A stretch of 64,000 nucleotides of DNA from an uncultured Bacillales bacterium (GCA_946614095.1 CAMOGG010000001.1:5968-69967), one strand, 5' to 3'. Positions 39,745 through 50,367 are shown, counted from the first letter of the stretch. The notes: a model not told the origin generated them from the sequence alone. Made by a program: numbers and translations.

Positions 39745-41340
39745 TTATAATGTTGGAAATACTCCCGGTCCAATTGGTAGACCTATAATGTACCACCCTA
39801 CTACTAATAAGATCCATGTAACTGATATAATTAAAAAATATGGAGTAATTAATTGTAGGGATTTTCTGATTGTGTATGGTTTATCTTTTTGAAGATTGTA
39901 TATATTTAGATATCCTATATAAATCACAAATGAAGCAAGTAAAGGCGTGTATCCTTTTGTCATTGAATCTCCAGCTCTTAGTATAATTTGAGCAAATTGA
40001 GGAGATAAATTTGATTGCATAAACATTGGAACTACAATTGGTGAGAATATCATCCATTTACTGGTTGGTGATGTTAATACTAAGTTTGAAATAGCAATTA
40101 AAAGCAGTGTAAATATAATTAAAGGAATTCCTGTTATACTTAAATGCTCTAGTAATGTTGCTAACCAGGCGGTTACAACCATACCAATATTACTTTTCCT
40201 AAATATTGCTATAAATTGTGATACTACAAATATTAATATCCAAATACTTCCTAGATTAGAAAATCTTTTACTAGCATTTTCTATAATATCTTTATCATTT
40301 TTTATTGATTTACTGCCTATTCCATAAGCAATTCCAGCTAGGATTAAGAATAATGATACTAAGTAAGAAAATCCGTCTTGAAAGTATGAATTTTCTCCAA
40401 ATAATTGATTTACATATATTGTTTCTTTCATATCCAATAACATTCCTGAAAATGGGAGATTTGGAATTAAAGAATAGATAAATATGAATAATATGATGAT
40501 TGAAATTACTAAAGCTGCTCGTAGTCCTCTTTTTTCATTCTTATCTTTTTCAATTTGTTTTTGTTCTTCTTCTTCTAAATTGATTATTCGATATTGTTCT
40601 GTTTTAGCAAATTCATCTTCTTTTTTATACTTTCCAATCTGTGGAGAAATTATTTTTTCAATAATAATGGTTCCTACTATAGATAAAATAATTGTTGCAG
40701 CTATAATAAAAATCAAATTAGAAGTAAGTGCTATATGAGCATTTTCATCTATTAAGAAAGCTGCATCTTTTGTGTATTGTATCAAAGATACTTCCATTGA
40801 GCCCACAAAAATTGATACTCCGTATCCAAAAGCTACTCCGCAAAATGCTGTTATAATTCCTAAGATAGGATTTCTTTTATTAATAAAATAAATTAGGGCT
40901 GCTAAAGGAATTAATATTGCATATCCTACTTCATTAATTAATGATGATACAGTGGAAAGAAAAATTACTAAAAATGTGAGAAATCCTTTTGATAATTTAT
41001 TTAAGTGACGCCTTGTAAATGTCTCAATTAATCCTGTTCCTTCTGCTATAGTTACTCCTATTAATGATAATAATAACATTCCAAGTGGTCCAAAACTTAA
41101 AAAATTTCTTGTAGCATTACTGATTATATATTTTAATCCATCAAATGATAATAAGCTCTCTACTGTTAGCAGTGTTGGTTCTAGATCTTTGGTATTAACA
41201 TTTACTGTATTATAAGTTGCTTGAGTTTCAAATGCACTGAAAATTCCACTTGCAATAATAGTCAGAATAATTAGAAATATAAATACAGTAACGGGATGAA
41301 AGTAAAATTTTTTCAGTTTTAATTTTCTAGTGTTTTTCAT
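39745..41340 (-). CDS. abgT: AbgT-family transporter (p-aminobenzoyl-glutamate / antimetabolite efflux)
   Basis: …LLTVESLLSFDGLKYIISNATRNFLSFGPLGMLL… matches the AbgT N-terminal signature. 531 aa polytopic. Confidence 0.6.
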   Translation of the reverse strand: MKNTRKLKLKKFYFHPVTVFIFLIILTIIASGIFSAFETQATYNTVNVNTKDLEPTLLTVESLLSFDGLKYIISNATRNFLSFGPLGMLLLSLIGVTIAEGTGLIETFTRRHLNKLSKGFLTFLVIFLSTVSSLINEVGYAILIPLAALIYFINKRNPILGIITAFCGVAFGYGVSIFVGSMEVSLIQYTKDAAFLIDENAHIALTSNLIFIIAATIILSIVGTIIIEKIISPQIGKYKKEDEFAKTEQYRIINLEEEEQKQIEKDKNEKRGLRAALVISIIILFIFIYSLIPNLPFSGMLLDMKETIYVNQLFGENSYFQDGFSYLVSLFLILAGIAYGIGSKSIKNDKDIIENASKRFSNLGSIWILIFVVSQFIAIFRKSNIGMVVTAWLATLLEHLSITGIPLIIFTLLLIAISNLVLTSPTSKWMIFSPIVVPMFMQSNLSPQFAQIILRAGDSMTKGYTPLLASFVIYIGYLNIYNLQKDKPYTIRKSLQLITPYFLIISVTWILLVVGWYIIGLPIGPGVFPTL

Positions 41341-41353
41341 ATCGTATTCCTTT

Positions 41354-41539
41354 CTATTTCACGATTTTTTTTAGTTTTTTATTAAAATCAATTCTTGGTA
41401 TTAGTACTGTCCTACCGCAATTTATACATTTAATCTTAATATCTGCACCTACTCTAACAACTTCCCATTCATTTGCTCCACAAGGATGTTGTTTCTTCAT
41501 TATAACAATTGATCCTAATTTATAATCTTTATTTTCCAT
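41354..41539 (-). CDS. DUF951-family small protein
   Basis: 61 aa. …KLGSIVIMKKQHPCGANEWEVVRVGADIKIKCINCGR…. Confidence 0.45.
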   Translation of the reverse strand: MENKDYKLGSIVIMKKQHPCGANEWEVVRVGADIKIKCINCGRTVLIPRIDFNKKLKKIVK

Positions 41540-42356
41540 TATGCACCTCTATCTGATTATATGGTATTTTGATTCCTGCTTTGTCAAAGGCTATTTTTAT
41601 TTCTTTTCTTAACAATCTCTCTACTTTTGCCTGTTTCATAGGCTTTGTTTCGACTACAACTCTATATATAACTGCCGAATCTGATAAAGAGTTTACTCCC
41701 CATAATTCAATATCTTTCGTAGTTTCCGGTATTGTTCCATTTAATTTTTTAAATAAATCTTCAAATGTTTTTTCTATGATTTCCTCTTTACACTCATAAG
41801 CCACAGCAATATCTACTACTGCTAGAGAATTATTATCACTGTAATTAATAATATTATCCATATAATGATTTGCTATTATCTTTGTAGCTCCTTTATAATT
41901 ACGAATTCTTGTTGTACGTAGTCCTATATATGTAACTTCTCCTTTAAAACCATCTATTTCTATAGTGTCCCCGACTTCATATTCTCCTTCGATAATAATA
42001 GAGAACCCTGCAATCAAATCTTTGGCTAAATCTTGTAATGCTAATCCAATTAATGCTGTTCCTATTCCTAATCCAGCTAATATAGATTTTACATTAACTC
42101 CATGAAGAGAAAGTATAGATAAAATGACTAAAACAATAATAATATATTTAAACAAATTAATAATTAGAGTACGAAAAGTATTTATTCTTTGAATCTGAGT
42201 AGTTTTTAATCCTTTCTTTCTATCTGTAGTTTTGATGATAACTCTTTTGATAATACGAAAAATTCCATATCCAATTATAATGTTTAAAATGGATAATACT
42301 ACTATTTTTATATTAATTGTCTGACCAAATATATGAATCATATTATTTTTCCTCAT
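41529..42356 (-). CDS. MscS-family mechanosensitive channel
   Basis: TM helices plus beta domain (…GDTIEIDGFKGEVTYIGLRTTRIRNYKG…). Confidence 0.7.
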   Translation of the reverse strand: MRKNNMIHIFGQTINIKIVVLSILNIIIGYGIFRIIKRVIIKTTDRKKGLKTTQIQRINTFRTLIINLFKYIIIVLVILSILSLHGVNVKSILAGLGIGTALIGLALQDLAKDLIAGFSIIIEGEYEVGDTIEIDGFKGEVTYIGLRTTRIRNYKGATKIIANHYMDNIINYSDNNSLAVVDIAVAYECKEEIIEKTFEDLFKKLNGTIPETTKDIELWGVNSLSDSAVIYRVVVETKPMKQAKVERLLRKEIKIAFDKAGIKIPYNQIEVHNGK

Positions 42357-43266
42357 CTAAATGCATATATTCTAATAATCGATTTAAATCATTTCCATTT
42401 ACAAAACTAATTTCTATCTTATTTTTCCTGATTAAAACTTTTGTTCCTAATTTTTCACTTAATTCATTTTGTAGATAAGTATATTCATTTACTACTTTTT
42501 CTTTTGGCTTTTGAGGATTTGTTTTAATAATCTGTGGCTCTTGTGTTAATTTTTCTAATTCGCGTACACTGATACCTTCTTCTTTGATTTTATTTACTAA
42601 CTCTTGCTGTTGCTTTTCGTTTTCTAATTTACTTAGTACTCTAGCATGTCCCATAGAAATATTTTTTTCATTTAATTCTTCTTGTATTTTATCTGGTAAG
42701 TTTAGTAAACCTAACATATTTGTAATATGACTTCTACTTTTTCCTAAACGTGCTGCTAGTTGTTCTTGTGTTAATGATAATGTCTCTTGTAACTTTTTAT
42801 ATGCTGTTGCTTCTTCAATAGCACTTAAATCTTCTCTTTGTAGATTTTCTAATAATGCTATTTCCATCATTTGTGTATCATTAAAGTCTCTAATAATCGC
42901 AGGTATCTCCTTTAATCCAGCTAGTTGTGATGCTTTTACTCTCCTTTCTCCAGCTATTATTTCATATCCTTTTATTGATTTTTTAACAATAATTGGTTGA
43001 AAAACGCCATGTTCTTTGATGGAACTTGCTAATTCATTTAAAGCTTCTTCATTAAATACTTTCCTTGGTTGATAGGGATTGCTTCTCAATTCAGCAATTT
43101 TAATCATAGTGATTTCTTCTTTTGGTGTTTCATTGACTATTTTTTCTTCTACAGCACTATAATCTAATACTTCGCTGCTAAATAATTCTTCTAATCCTTT
43201 TCCAAGTGCTCTTCTTTTTGGAATTCCACTTTCGGTTACTTCATTATTTGTTTCCATTTCTTTCAA
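42343..43266 (-). CDS. parB: Chromosome-partitioning protein ParB/Spo0J
   Basis: ParB box GERR, HTH GKSRSHITNMLGLL. Positions homologous to Caulobacter ParB R173/T179/A184/G201 are R/M/N/G. Confidence 0.9.
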   Translation of the reverse strand: MKEMETNNEVTESGIPKRRALGKGLEELFSSEVLDYSAVEEKIVNETPKEEITMIKIAELRSNPYQPRKVFNEEALNELASSIKEHGVFQPIIVKKSIKGYEIIAGERRVKASQLAGLKEIPAIIRDFNDTQMMEIALLENLQREDLSAIEEATAYKKLQETLSLTQEQLAARLGKSRSHITNMLGLLNLPDKIQEELNEKNISMGHARVLSKLENEKQQQELVNKIKEEGISVRELEKLTQEPQIIKTNPQKPKEKVVNEYTYLQNELSEKLGTKVLIRKNKIEISFVNGNDLNRLLEYMHLDEEK

Positions 43267-44032
43267 TCACTTCCTTTGCTAGATTGATATATGCTTCAGA
43301 TCCTCTACTCTTTGGATCATATGCAACGATTGGTTCTCCATGTGATGGTGCTTCTGTTAGACGAACTAATCGTGGAATAATTGTGTTATAAACTTTTTCT
43401 TTAAAAAACTTTCGTATATCCTCCACTACTTCAAATCCTAGATTCGTTCTAGAGTCTAACATTGTTAATAAAACTCCTTCAATGTCTAATGTTGGATTTA
43501 AACTTTTTTGTGCTAACATAATTGTTTTTAATAATTGTGTTATTCCTTCTAAGGCAAAGAATTCACATTGAACTGGTATTATTACAGAATTAGATGCTGT
43601 TAACGCATTGGTTGTAATCACTCCAAGAGATGGAGGACAATCAATGATGATATAGTCAAAACTGTCTCTTATATCCATTAATCTTAATTTTAATTGTTCT
43701 CCCTTTTGAAATCCTACTTCTGTTCTACTTTTTTCTGTTAATTCTATATCTAATCCAGCTAAATTTATTGTTGCTGGAATCACATATAGATTTTTATATT
43801 TTGTTTTTATCATGGCTTCTGTAATATTACATTCACCAATTAATACATCATATATACTTCTTTCTATCTCTCCTTTATTAATTCCCACACCAGTAGTTGT
43901 ATTTCCTTGAGGATCTAAGTCTATTAATAATACTTTTTTACCTAATACTGCTAATGATGCTGAAAGATTGATGCTGGTTGTAGTTTTTCCTACACCACCT
44001 TTTTGATTTACTAATGATATAACCTTTCCCAT
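43244..44032 (-). CDS. parA: ParA/Soj partition ATPase
   Basis: Deviant Walker A NQKGGVGKTTT. Confidence 0.95.
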   Translation of the reverse strand: MGKVISLVNQKGGVGKTTTSINLSASLAVLGKKVLLIDLDPQGNTTTGVGINKGEIERSIYDVLIGECNITEAMIKTKYKNLYVIPATINLAGLDIELTEKSRTEVGFQKGEQLKLRLMDIRDSFDYIIIDCPPSLGVITTNALTASNSVIIPVQCEFFALEGITQLLKTIMLAQKSLNPTLDIEGVLLTMLDSRTNLGFEVVEDIRKFFKEKVYNTIIPRLVRLTEAPSHGEPIVAYDPKSRGSEAYINLAKEVIERNGNK

Positions 44033-44133
44033 CTAATCACCCATTTTCCATTTTCTTTTTTATTGTATCAAATAAACGATTTTTTTGAAATGATTTTCGA
44101 CAAAAAAAGTAGACTTTTTCAGTTTATCTACTT

Positions 44134-45489
44134 TTATATTTGAGTCTTATCTATTTTGATAATGATTTGATAAGATTTTTCAAAGTCCATTTCATCTGTT
44201 CCTACCGTAATTCCATGGCTTTCTAAATCTTTTACTAGCTCTCTAATTTTACTTGTTGCTTCTTCTATCGTATATTTATCTGAATTACTACCTATTGAAG
44301 AATTTATTTCAAATCTTTTATCTTCTTGGATTGGATTTATTAAGTTATTATCCATTGGGTTTACTGTATCCATAGGATTTACTATACTAGATGGTAATTC
44401 GATAGAAGATAAATCTGATGTTTGAAAATAATCAGAGGACTGATTTATTACGTCATCTACTGGATCTGTTTTTACTATTTTTTCAGCTGGTGTTATGAAA
44501 TCAGTGGATGGTACTGATGAAGTTGGATTTCCTAGATTTAATAAACTATCTAAGGCTGCTCCTCCTGTATCAGTATTAATATCTGATGTATTTTCTTTTA
44601 CACTATTTATATCAATCGAAGTAACAGAACTTGGAATATCTAGATTTTTTTCATCCTCTTCTTCGTCTTCCTCATCTTTTCCTATTTCTCCATAATTTAT
44701 AAATTTACCCATTGGCATGTCCTCTCCATCTGGCGGAGCAATTGTCACTTTTCCATAATTTGAATTATCTTCTGGTAATTCGGCAGTTGGAATTAGTGGA
44801 TTGCTGTTTACAAATGCACTTACAGAAGCTTCTTGTGTCTCCTGAGGTGCTGTAAAAGTTTGATTTTCTTTTGGTTCTTTAGGATATAGTTGTTTGATTT
44901 CATCCTCTAAATTACGTACACTCATCTTTGTTTCTATTACTTTTTTTACCATTTCTTTTTGTTTTTCTGCATCAGGTATATTTAGTAATGATCTTGCGTG
45001 TCTTTCCGATATTTGTTCCTTTAATAATGCTTCTTGAATGGTATCAGGTAAAGATAATAGTCTAATTTTATTAGCCACCGCAGATTGACTTTTACCCATT
45101 GTTTTAGCTAACTCTTCTTGCGTCATTTGATCTAATTCTAAGATTTTTTGATATGTTCTAGCTTCTTCTATTGGATTTAAATTTTTTCTTTGTAAGTTTT
45201 CTAATAAGGCTACTTTAGAGCTTTCTTTATCATCTAAATCTCTAATGATAGCTGGAATTTTTGTTAATCCTGCTAAAGCTGATGCTTTGTATCTTCTTTC
45301 TCCAGCAATTATTTCATATTTTCCATTTACATTTCTAACAATGATGGGTTGAATTACTCCGTGTTCCTTGATAGAGACTGCTAATTCTTTTAATGCTCTT
45401 TCGTCAAATACTTCTCTAGGTTGGAATCTATTAGGAATAATATCATCTAAGTATAATTGTACTACTTCATCTTTATCATCTGGAAACAT
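44134..45489 (-). CDS. noc: Noc-like ParB paralogue with a ~250-aa low-complexity C-terminal extension
   Basis: ParB N-domain (GERR), HTH GKSQSAVANKIRLL…ISERHAR. Specificity positions are Q/K/S/R (Noc type is Q/K/K/R). Located in the Bacillus noc position (rsmG-noc-parA-parB). It lacks the N-terminal amphipathic helix of B. subtilis Noc, and the C-terminus is S/T/N/P/E-rich with NPMDTVNPMD repeats. GAGGGA RBS sits 5 nt upstream. Confidence 0.65.
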   Translation of the reverse strand: MFPDDKDEVVQLYLDDIIPNRFQPREVFDERALKELAVSIKEHGVIQPIIVRNVNGKYEIIAGERRYKASALAGLTKIPAIIRDLDDKESSKVALLENLQRKNLNPIEEARTYQKILELDQMTQEELAKTMGKSQSAVANKIRLLSLPDTIQEALLKEQISERHARSLLNIPDAEKQKEMVKKVIETKMSVRNLEDEIKQLYPKEPKENQTFTAPQETQEASVSAFVNSNPLIPTAELPEDNSNYGKVTIAPPDGEDMPMGKFINYGEIGKDEEDEEEDEKNLDIPSSVTSIDINSVKENTSDINTDTGGAALDSLLNLGNPTSSVPSTDFITPAEKIVKTDPVDDVINQSSDYFQTSDLSSIELPSSIVNPMDTVNPMDNNLINPIQEDKRFEINSSIGSNSDKYTIEEATSKIRELVKDLESHGITVGTDEMDFEKSYQIIIKIDKTQI

Positions 45490-45609
45490 TGCAATCCCTC
45501 ACTTCTTTTTATTCTTTTATTTATCCTATATTATCATTATAATTGATTTTTTATATTCTTTCAACTAATTTTTACGAAAAAAAGTATGTATTTTTTACAT
45601 ACTTTCTCA

Positions 45610-46239
45610 TTATTTCATTACAATTAGACTTCTTTTACTATTTTCAATAGGTAGAAAAAAGCTTTCTATTTTTACAATTTTATATTTTTTATTTAATTTT
45701 CTTTTTACTTTTTCTGATAATTCAGATTCAATATTCCCTTTCATTGCAATAAAGTATCCTTCTTTTGATACTAAGTGCATTGTATAAGTTACTAATTTTT
45801 CTATATTAGCTACTGCTCTAGATGTAACTACATCAAATTTTCCTTGATAATCTTCTCCTCTGATATGAACGGCTTCTATTTCTTCTAAGTGTAATTCTTT
45901 TATTACTTCCTTTAAATAATTTATCCTTTTTTGAAGAGAGTCAATTAATGTTACTTTCAAATGAGGAAACATTATTTTTAATACAATTCCTGGAAAACCT
46001 GCTCCCGTACCTACATCACATAAAGTATCAATTTGACTAAAATCTACTACTTTGACAATTGTTAAACTATCATAAAAATGTTTTAAATAAACATCTTTTT
46101 TATCTATTATTCTAGTTAAATTTATTTTTTTGTTCCATTCTTTTAGTAGTTGGTAAAACTTCTCTAATTGTGTTAATTGCTCATCTGTAGGATTCACTCC
46201 TAGATCTTTTACATATTTTATAAATTCTTCTTTATTCAT
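45610..46239 (-). CDS. rsmG: 16S rRNA m7G527 methyltransferase RsmG (GidB)
   Basis: SAM motif DVGTGAGFPG. Confidence 0.9.
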   Translation of the reverse strand: MNKEEFIKYVKDLGVNPTDEQLTQLEKFYQLLKEWNKKINLTRIIDKKDVYLKHFYDSLTIVKVVDFSQIDTLCDVGTGAGFPGIVLKIMFPHLKVTLIDSLQKRINYLKEVIKELHLEEIEAVHIRGEDYQGKFDVVTSRAVANIEKLVTYTMHLVSKEGYFIAMKGNIESELSEKVKRKLNKKYKIVKIESFFLPIENSKRSLIVMK

Positions 46240-48109
46240 TTTTGCTATACTCCTTCTTTAAATATACGGAAAGAATGGATATATCAGAAGGATTTACTCC
46301 ACTAATTCTAATAGCTTGGGCTATTGTTGTTGGTCTTACTTCTTTTAATTTTTGTCTTGCTTCACTTGCTATATTTTTTATTTTATCGTAGTCTATGTCT
46401 TTTGGAATTTGTTTTTTTTCTAATTTGATTAGTTTTTCTGCTTCTTTATAAGATTTTTTAATATAGCCTTCATATTTTAAATAGATTTCTACTTGTTCTT
46501 TTATTTCTTCTCTGTATGGAAATTCTATAAAGTTTTCTAAAAAAGAGACTGTTATTTCTGGACGACGTAGTAGTTGTTCTAAGGTCATTGTGGATGTTGG
46601 AAGTGGAATATTTTTTTCATGAAATATTTTCTCTACTTCTTTTGTTATCTTTAATTTTTTTTCTCCTAACCAAGATAGACAATCTTTTATACCTTGTTCC
46701 TTTTGATTTAATCTTTCTAGTTGTTCTTCATTAATTAATCCTACTTCATAACCATATCTTCTTAATCTTTGATCTGCATTATCACTTCTTAATAATAATC
46801 TAAATTCTGCTCGACTTGTTAACAATCTATAAGGATCTCTGATTCCTTTTGTTATAAGGTCATCTATTAATACTCCAATGTAGGCTTCATTTCTTTTTAA
46901 TATTAGAGGTTCTTTTCCTTCTAGTTTTAAAGATGCGTTAATTCCTGCCATTAATCCTTGACATGCTGCTTCTTCATAACCACTGGTTCCATTAATTTGT
47001 CCTGCTGTAAATAAGTTATTTAAAATTTTTGTCTCTAATGATGCATTTAATTGAGTTGGATAAATTGCATCATATTCTATTGCATATCCATATTTTATTA
47101 TTTTAGCATTTTCAAATCCTGGTAAGCTATGAACCATTAATTCTTGTATTTCAGGGGGCATTGATGTTGAAAAACCTTGAAGATACATATCGTCATAATA
47201 TTTACTTTCTGGTTCAATAAATAATTGATGTCTTTCTTTATCTGCAAATCTTACTACTTTATCTTCTATAGATGGACAATATCTAGGACCAATACCTTCA
47301 ATATCATCTAGAGCTCCATACATGGATGATTTATTTAGATTTTCTCTTATTATTCTATGAGTTTCTTCTGTTGTATAAGTTAAGTGACAAGGTATTTGTT
47401 CTTCTATTTTATATTGTGGTTCTAGGTCAAAACTAAATGTTAAGTACTTATCATCACCTGGTTCTATTCTTGTTTTTGAGAAATCTATTGTTTTTCTATC
47501 AATTCTTTGAGGAGTTCCCGTTTTTAATCTTTTTATTTCAAATCCATATTCTTTTAATTTATCACTTAGATGAAGTGATGGTTTTTCTCCATGTGGACCT
47601 TGTCTAGTTCTCGTGGCGCCTACTAAGATATCTGCCTTTAAATATGTTCCTGTAGTTAAAATAACGATTTTTGATTGAATTTGTTCTCCATCTTCTAGAA
47701 TTATTCCTTTTACTGTATTATTATCAACTATTAAATCTTCAACCATTGCCTCTTTTATTTCTAAATTATCTAGTGAATTTAGTGTATTTAACATTTCTTT
47801 TGGATATGCTACTTTATCTCCTTGTGCACGTAGGGATTGTACTGCTGGACCTTTGGCAGAATTTAACATTTTAATCTGAAGATGTGTTTTATCGGCAATT
47901 TTCCCCATGATTCCGCCTAAAGCATCTATTTCACGTACTACTATTCCTTTGGCACTTCCTCCAATATGAGGATTACATGGCATATCTGCAATATTTTTAA
48001 TATTTCCAGTTACTAATAAAGTTTTATGTCCTTTGAATGAAGACGCATAAGCTGCTTCACATCCGGCATGGCCTCCCCCTACTACTATAATGTCGTACAT
48101 GTTATTCAC
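46232..48109 (-). CDS. mnmG: tRNA uridine-5-carboxymethylaminomethyl synthesis enzyme MnmG (GidA)
   Basis: FAD motif IVVGGGHAGCEAA. 625 aa. Confidence 0.95.
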   Translation of the reverse strand: MNNMYDIIVVGGGHAGCEAAYASSFKGHKTLLVTGNIKNIADMPCNPHIGGSAKGIVVREIDALGGIMGKIADKTHLQIKMLNSAKGPAVQSLRAQGDKVAYPKEMLNTLNSLDNLEIKEAMVEDLIVDNNTVKGIILEDGEQIQSKIVILTTGTYLKADILVGATRTRQGPHGEKPSLHLSDKLKEYGFEIKRLKTGTPQRIDRKTIDFSKTRIEPGDDKYLTFSFDLEPQYKIEEQIPCHLTYTTEETHRIIRENLNKSSMYGALDDIEGIGPRYCPSIEDKVVRFADKERHQLFIEPESKYYDDMYLQGFSTSMPPEIQELMVHSLPGFENAKIIKYGYAIEYDAIYPTQLNASLETKILNNLFTAGQINGTSGYEEAACQGLMAGINASLKLEGKEPLILKRNEAYIGVLIDDLITKGIRDPYRLLTSRAEFRLLLRSDNADQRLRRYGYEVGLINEEQLERLNQKEQGIKDCLSWLGEKKLKITKEVEKIFHEKNIPLPTSTMTLEQLLRRPEITVSFLENFIEFPYREEIKEQVEIYLKYEGYIKKSYKEAEKLIKLEKKQIPKDIDYDKIKNIASEARQKLKEVRPTTIAQAIRISGVNPSDISILSVYLKKEYSKNE

Positions 48110-48470
48110 CTTCTTTATTGTTTCTTTTGATACTCTTATTCTACTAAATTGCCACTTGTTTCTTTTTTTAAAGCATTTTGATTATCAATGTTTTCTTGTT
48201 TAGATAATTCCATAATATATAATATAAATTCATAGATATATATTAATATTATATTCGTAATGAAAACTAGAACCATATTCAAACATTCTAATATCATTGC
48301 TTTATTTTTTTGTCGAAGAAGAAAACATATTACAATAGATATAATCGATAGATATAATACTTAACAAACTAAATATTTTATTCATAACATTATATATTAT
48401 GTTTTTTTCATTTTTCAATAATGTTGTCAATAAAAATAACATAATTATAGTAAGGGCTACATAATTATCT

Positions 48471-49832
48471 CTACTTTCCTAAACAAAACCTTGAAAACAT
48501 TTCATCTAGTAATTCTTCTTCATATGTTGATCCATTAATTGTACCTAATTCTTCCCATATGTTTTTGATATCTAATTCTATCATATCAATTGGCAAATTA
48601 TCTTTTAGACTTTGTTCAATCTCTTCTACTCTTTTTAAACATTTTTTTAGAATACTAATACTTCGTGAATTACTTAAGTATGTTGGATCCTTTGTTTCTA
48701 TTTCATCAATATTAAACATTTCAACTATTTTATTTTTTAATTCTTCTATTCCTTTATTCTCAATAATACTTAAGTCAATTATTCTTGATTGATTAATCTT
48801 TAATTCATTTCTATCAAATTTTGATTCTAAATCATTTTTATTGATTAAGATAAGATAATTCTTATTTTTTATTTTACTTAATAATTCTTTTATATCTTGA
48901 GTTAATTCTTCATTATTATTAATCATAAATAATACTAAATCTGATTCATCCATGATTTTTAAGCTTTTCTCTACTCCTATTGCTTCTATTTTATCTTCTG
49001 TATCTCTAATACCAGCAGTATCTATCATATTTAATATTATTCCATTGATTGATATTTGCCCTTCTACTATGTCACGTGTTGTTCCGGCAATATCTGTCAC
49101 AATGGCTTTATCTTCTTCTAATAAGGCATTTAAAAGTGAACTTTTTCCGACATTTGGTCTTCCAATTATAGAAGTTTTTATTCCTTCTTTGATTATTTTA
49201 CCATTTTGGGATTCTTTTAATATTTTATTAATTTTTGTTTTTAAATTTGTTATTTTGGGAATTAATAAATCATTTGTAATGACATCTACATCATCATATT
49301 CTGGATAGTCTATATTTACATTAATATTACTAATAATTTGAACCATATCACTTCTTAATTCATTTATTAAATTAGAAGTTTTTCCTCCTATTTGATTGGC
49401 AGCCATTTTTCTTTGTGTATCTGTTTTGGAATCAATCATATCCATTACAGCTTCTGCTTCGAGTAAATCTATTCTTCCATTTAAAAATGCCCTTTTTGTA
49501 AACTCTCCTGGTTCTGCCATACGACATCCATTTTCTAATAATAGTTCTAATACTCGATTTGTTGGGGCAATTCCACCGTGAGTATTAATTTCTACTGTGT
49601 CTTCTGCTGTAAAAGTTTTAGGAGCTCTCATAATGGATACTAATACTTCATCTATTACTTCATTATTATCTATTATATGCCCATAATTTATGGTATGAGA
49701 TTCTACTTTTGTAAGATCTTTTCCTTGAAATATTTTATTCACAATTTTTATAGAATCTTCACCACTCACTCTTATAATAGCAATAGCCCCTACTCCTTGA
49801 CTGGTAGCAATGGCACAAATAGTATCATTCAC
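48471..49832 (-). CDS. mnmE: tRNA modification GTPase MnmE (TrmE)
   Basis: G-domain motifs, C-terminal CxGK. The track ORF starts at 49868, but AAAGGAGG lies 7 nt upstream of the in-frame GTG at 49830-49832, giving a canonical (M)NDTICAIATSQGVGAI N-terminus. Confidence 0.85.
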   Translation of the reverse strand: MNDTICAIATSQGVGAIAIIRVSGEDSIKIVNKIFQGKDLTKVESHTINYGHIIDNNEVIDEVLVSIMRAPKTFTAEDTVEINTHGGIAPTNRVLELLLENGCRMAEPGEFTKRAFLNGRIDLLEAEAVMDMIDSKTDTQRKMAANQIGGKTSNLINELRSDMVQIISNINVNIDYPEYDDVDVITNDLLIPKITNLKTKINKILKESQNGKIIKEGIKTSIIGRPNVGKSSLLNALLEEDKAIVTDIAGTTRDIVEGQISINGIILNMIDTAGIRDTEDKIEAIGVEKSLKIMDESDLVLFMINNNEELTQDIKELLSKIKNKNYLILINKNDLESKFDRNELKINQSRIIDLSIIENKGIEELKNKIVEMFNIDEIETKDPTYLSNSRSISILKKCLKRVEEIEQSLKDNLPIDMIELDIKNIWEELGTINGSTYEEELLDEMFSRFCLGK

Positions 49833-50019
49833 AGTATCCCTCCTTTTGTCTGCATTATTATAGCACATTTATTAAAAATATCCATATATTTCTACTCCAT
49901 AATTTCCCATATTATTATAATTTTATCAAACTTATCTTATTATCTTATACAAAAAGAATATTATTTCTTGTAAAAAGTGTAAAACTATTTATTATTCAAT
50001 ATTTACGTTATAATAGATT

Positions 50020-50185
50020 TTGTTTGTATCCCTGATCCTTTTTGGTTGTTGGAAATAGGCTGTTAGGTGGCAAGATTCTAATATTGGCGTCCCCATCGTG
50101 GTCTATTTTTCTGGATAAATCAGATGTTCTAAGCAACTCTTGCCTTTGAGGGAGTATTAGACATCTGATTTTTTTCTATTTCATA
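50020..50185 (+). ncRNA. Candidate plus-strand small RNA (~160 nt) ending in a strong intrinsic terminator, antisense to the jag-mnmE intergenic region
   Basis: TATAAT at 50019-50024. Locally GC-richer structured segment (ggtggcaag…cttgcc). 12-bp stem cagatgttctaa/ttagaacatctg followed by TTTTTTTC at 50126-50190. No plus-strand ORF with an RBS fits. Confidence 0.25.
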
Positions 50186-50367
50186 AAAAATATTGTATGA
50201 ACATGGAGTAACACCATCACTTACTGTTTTAGCAACATTCGCAATAGTGTCCAAGTTTATAAAGGTTTTGTTGGAATTAATTTCTATTATTATTTAGTTG
50301 GTATTCAGCTATGCACTTTAATTGAAAGTTTGTTAGTGTTACTAACTTGTGTTGAAAAAAAAGAAGA

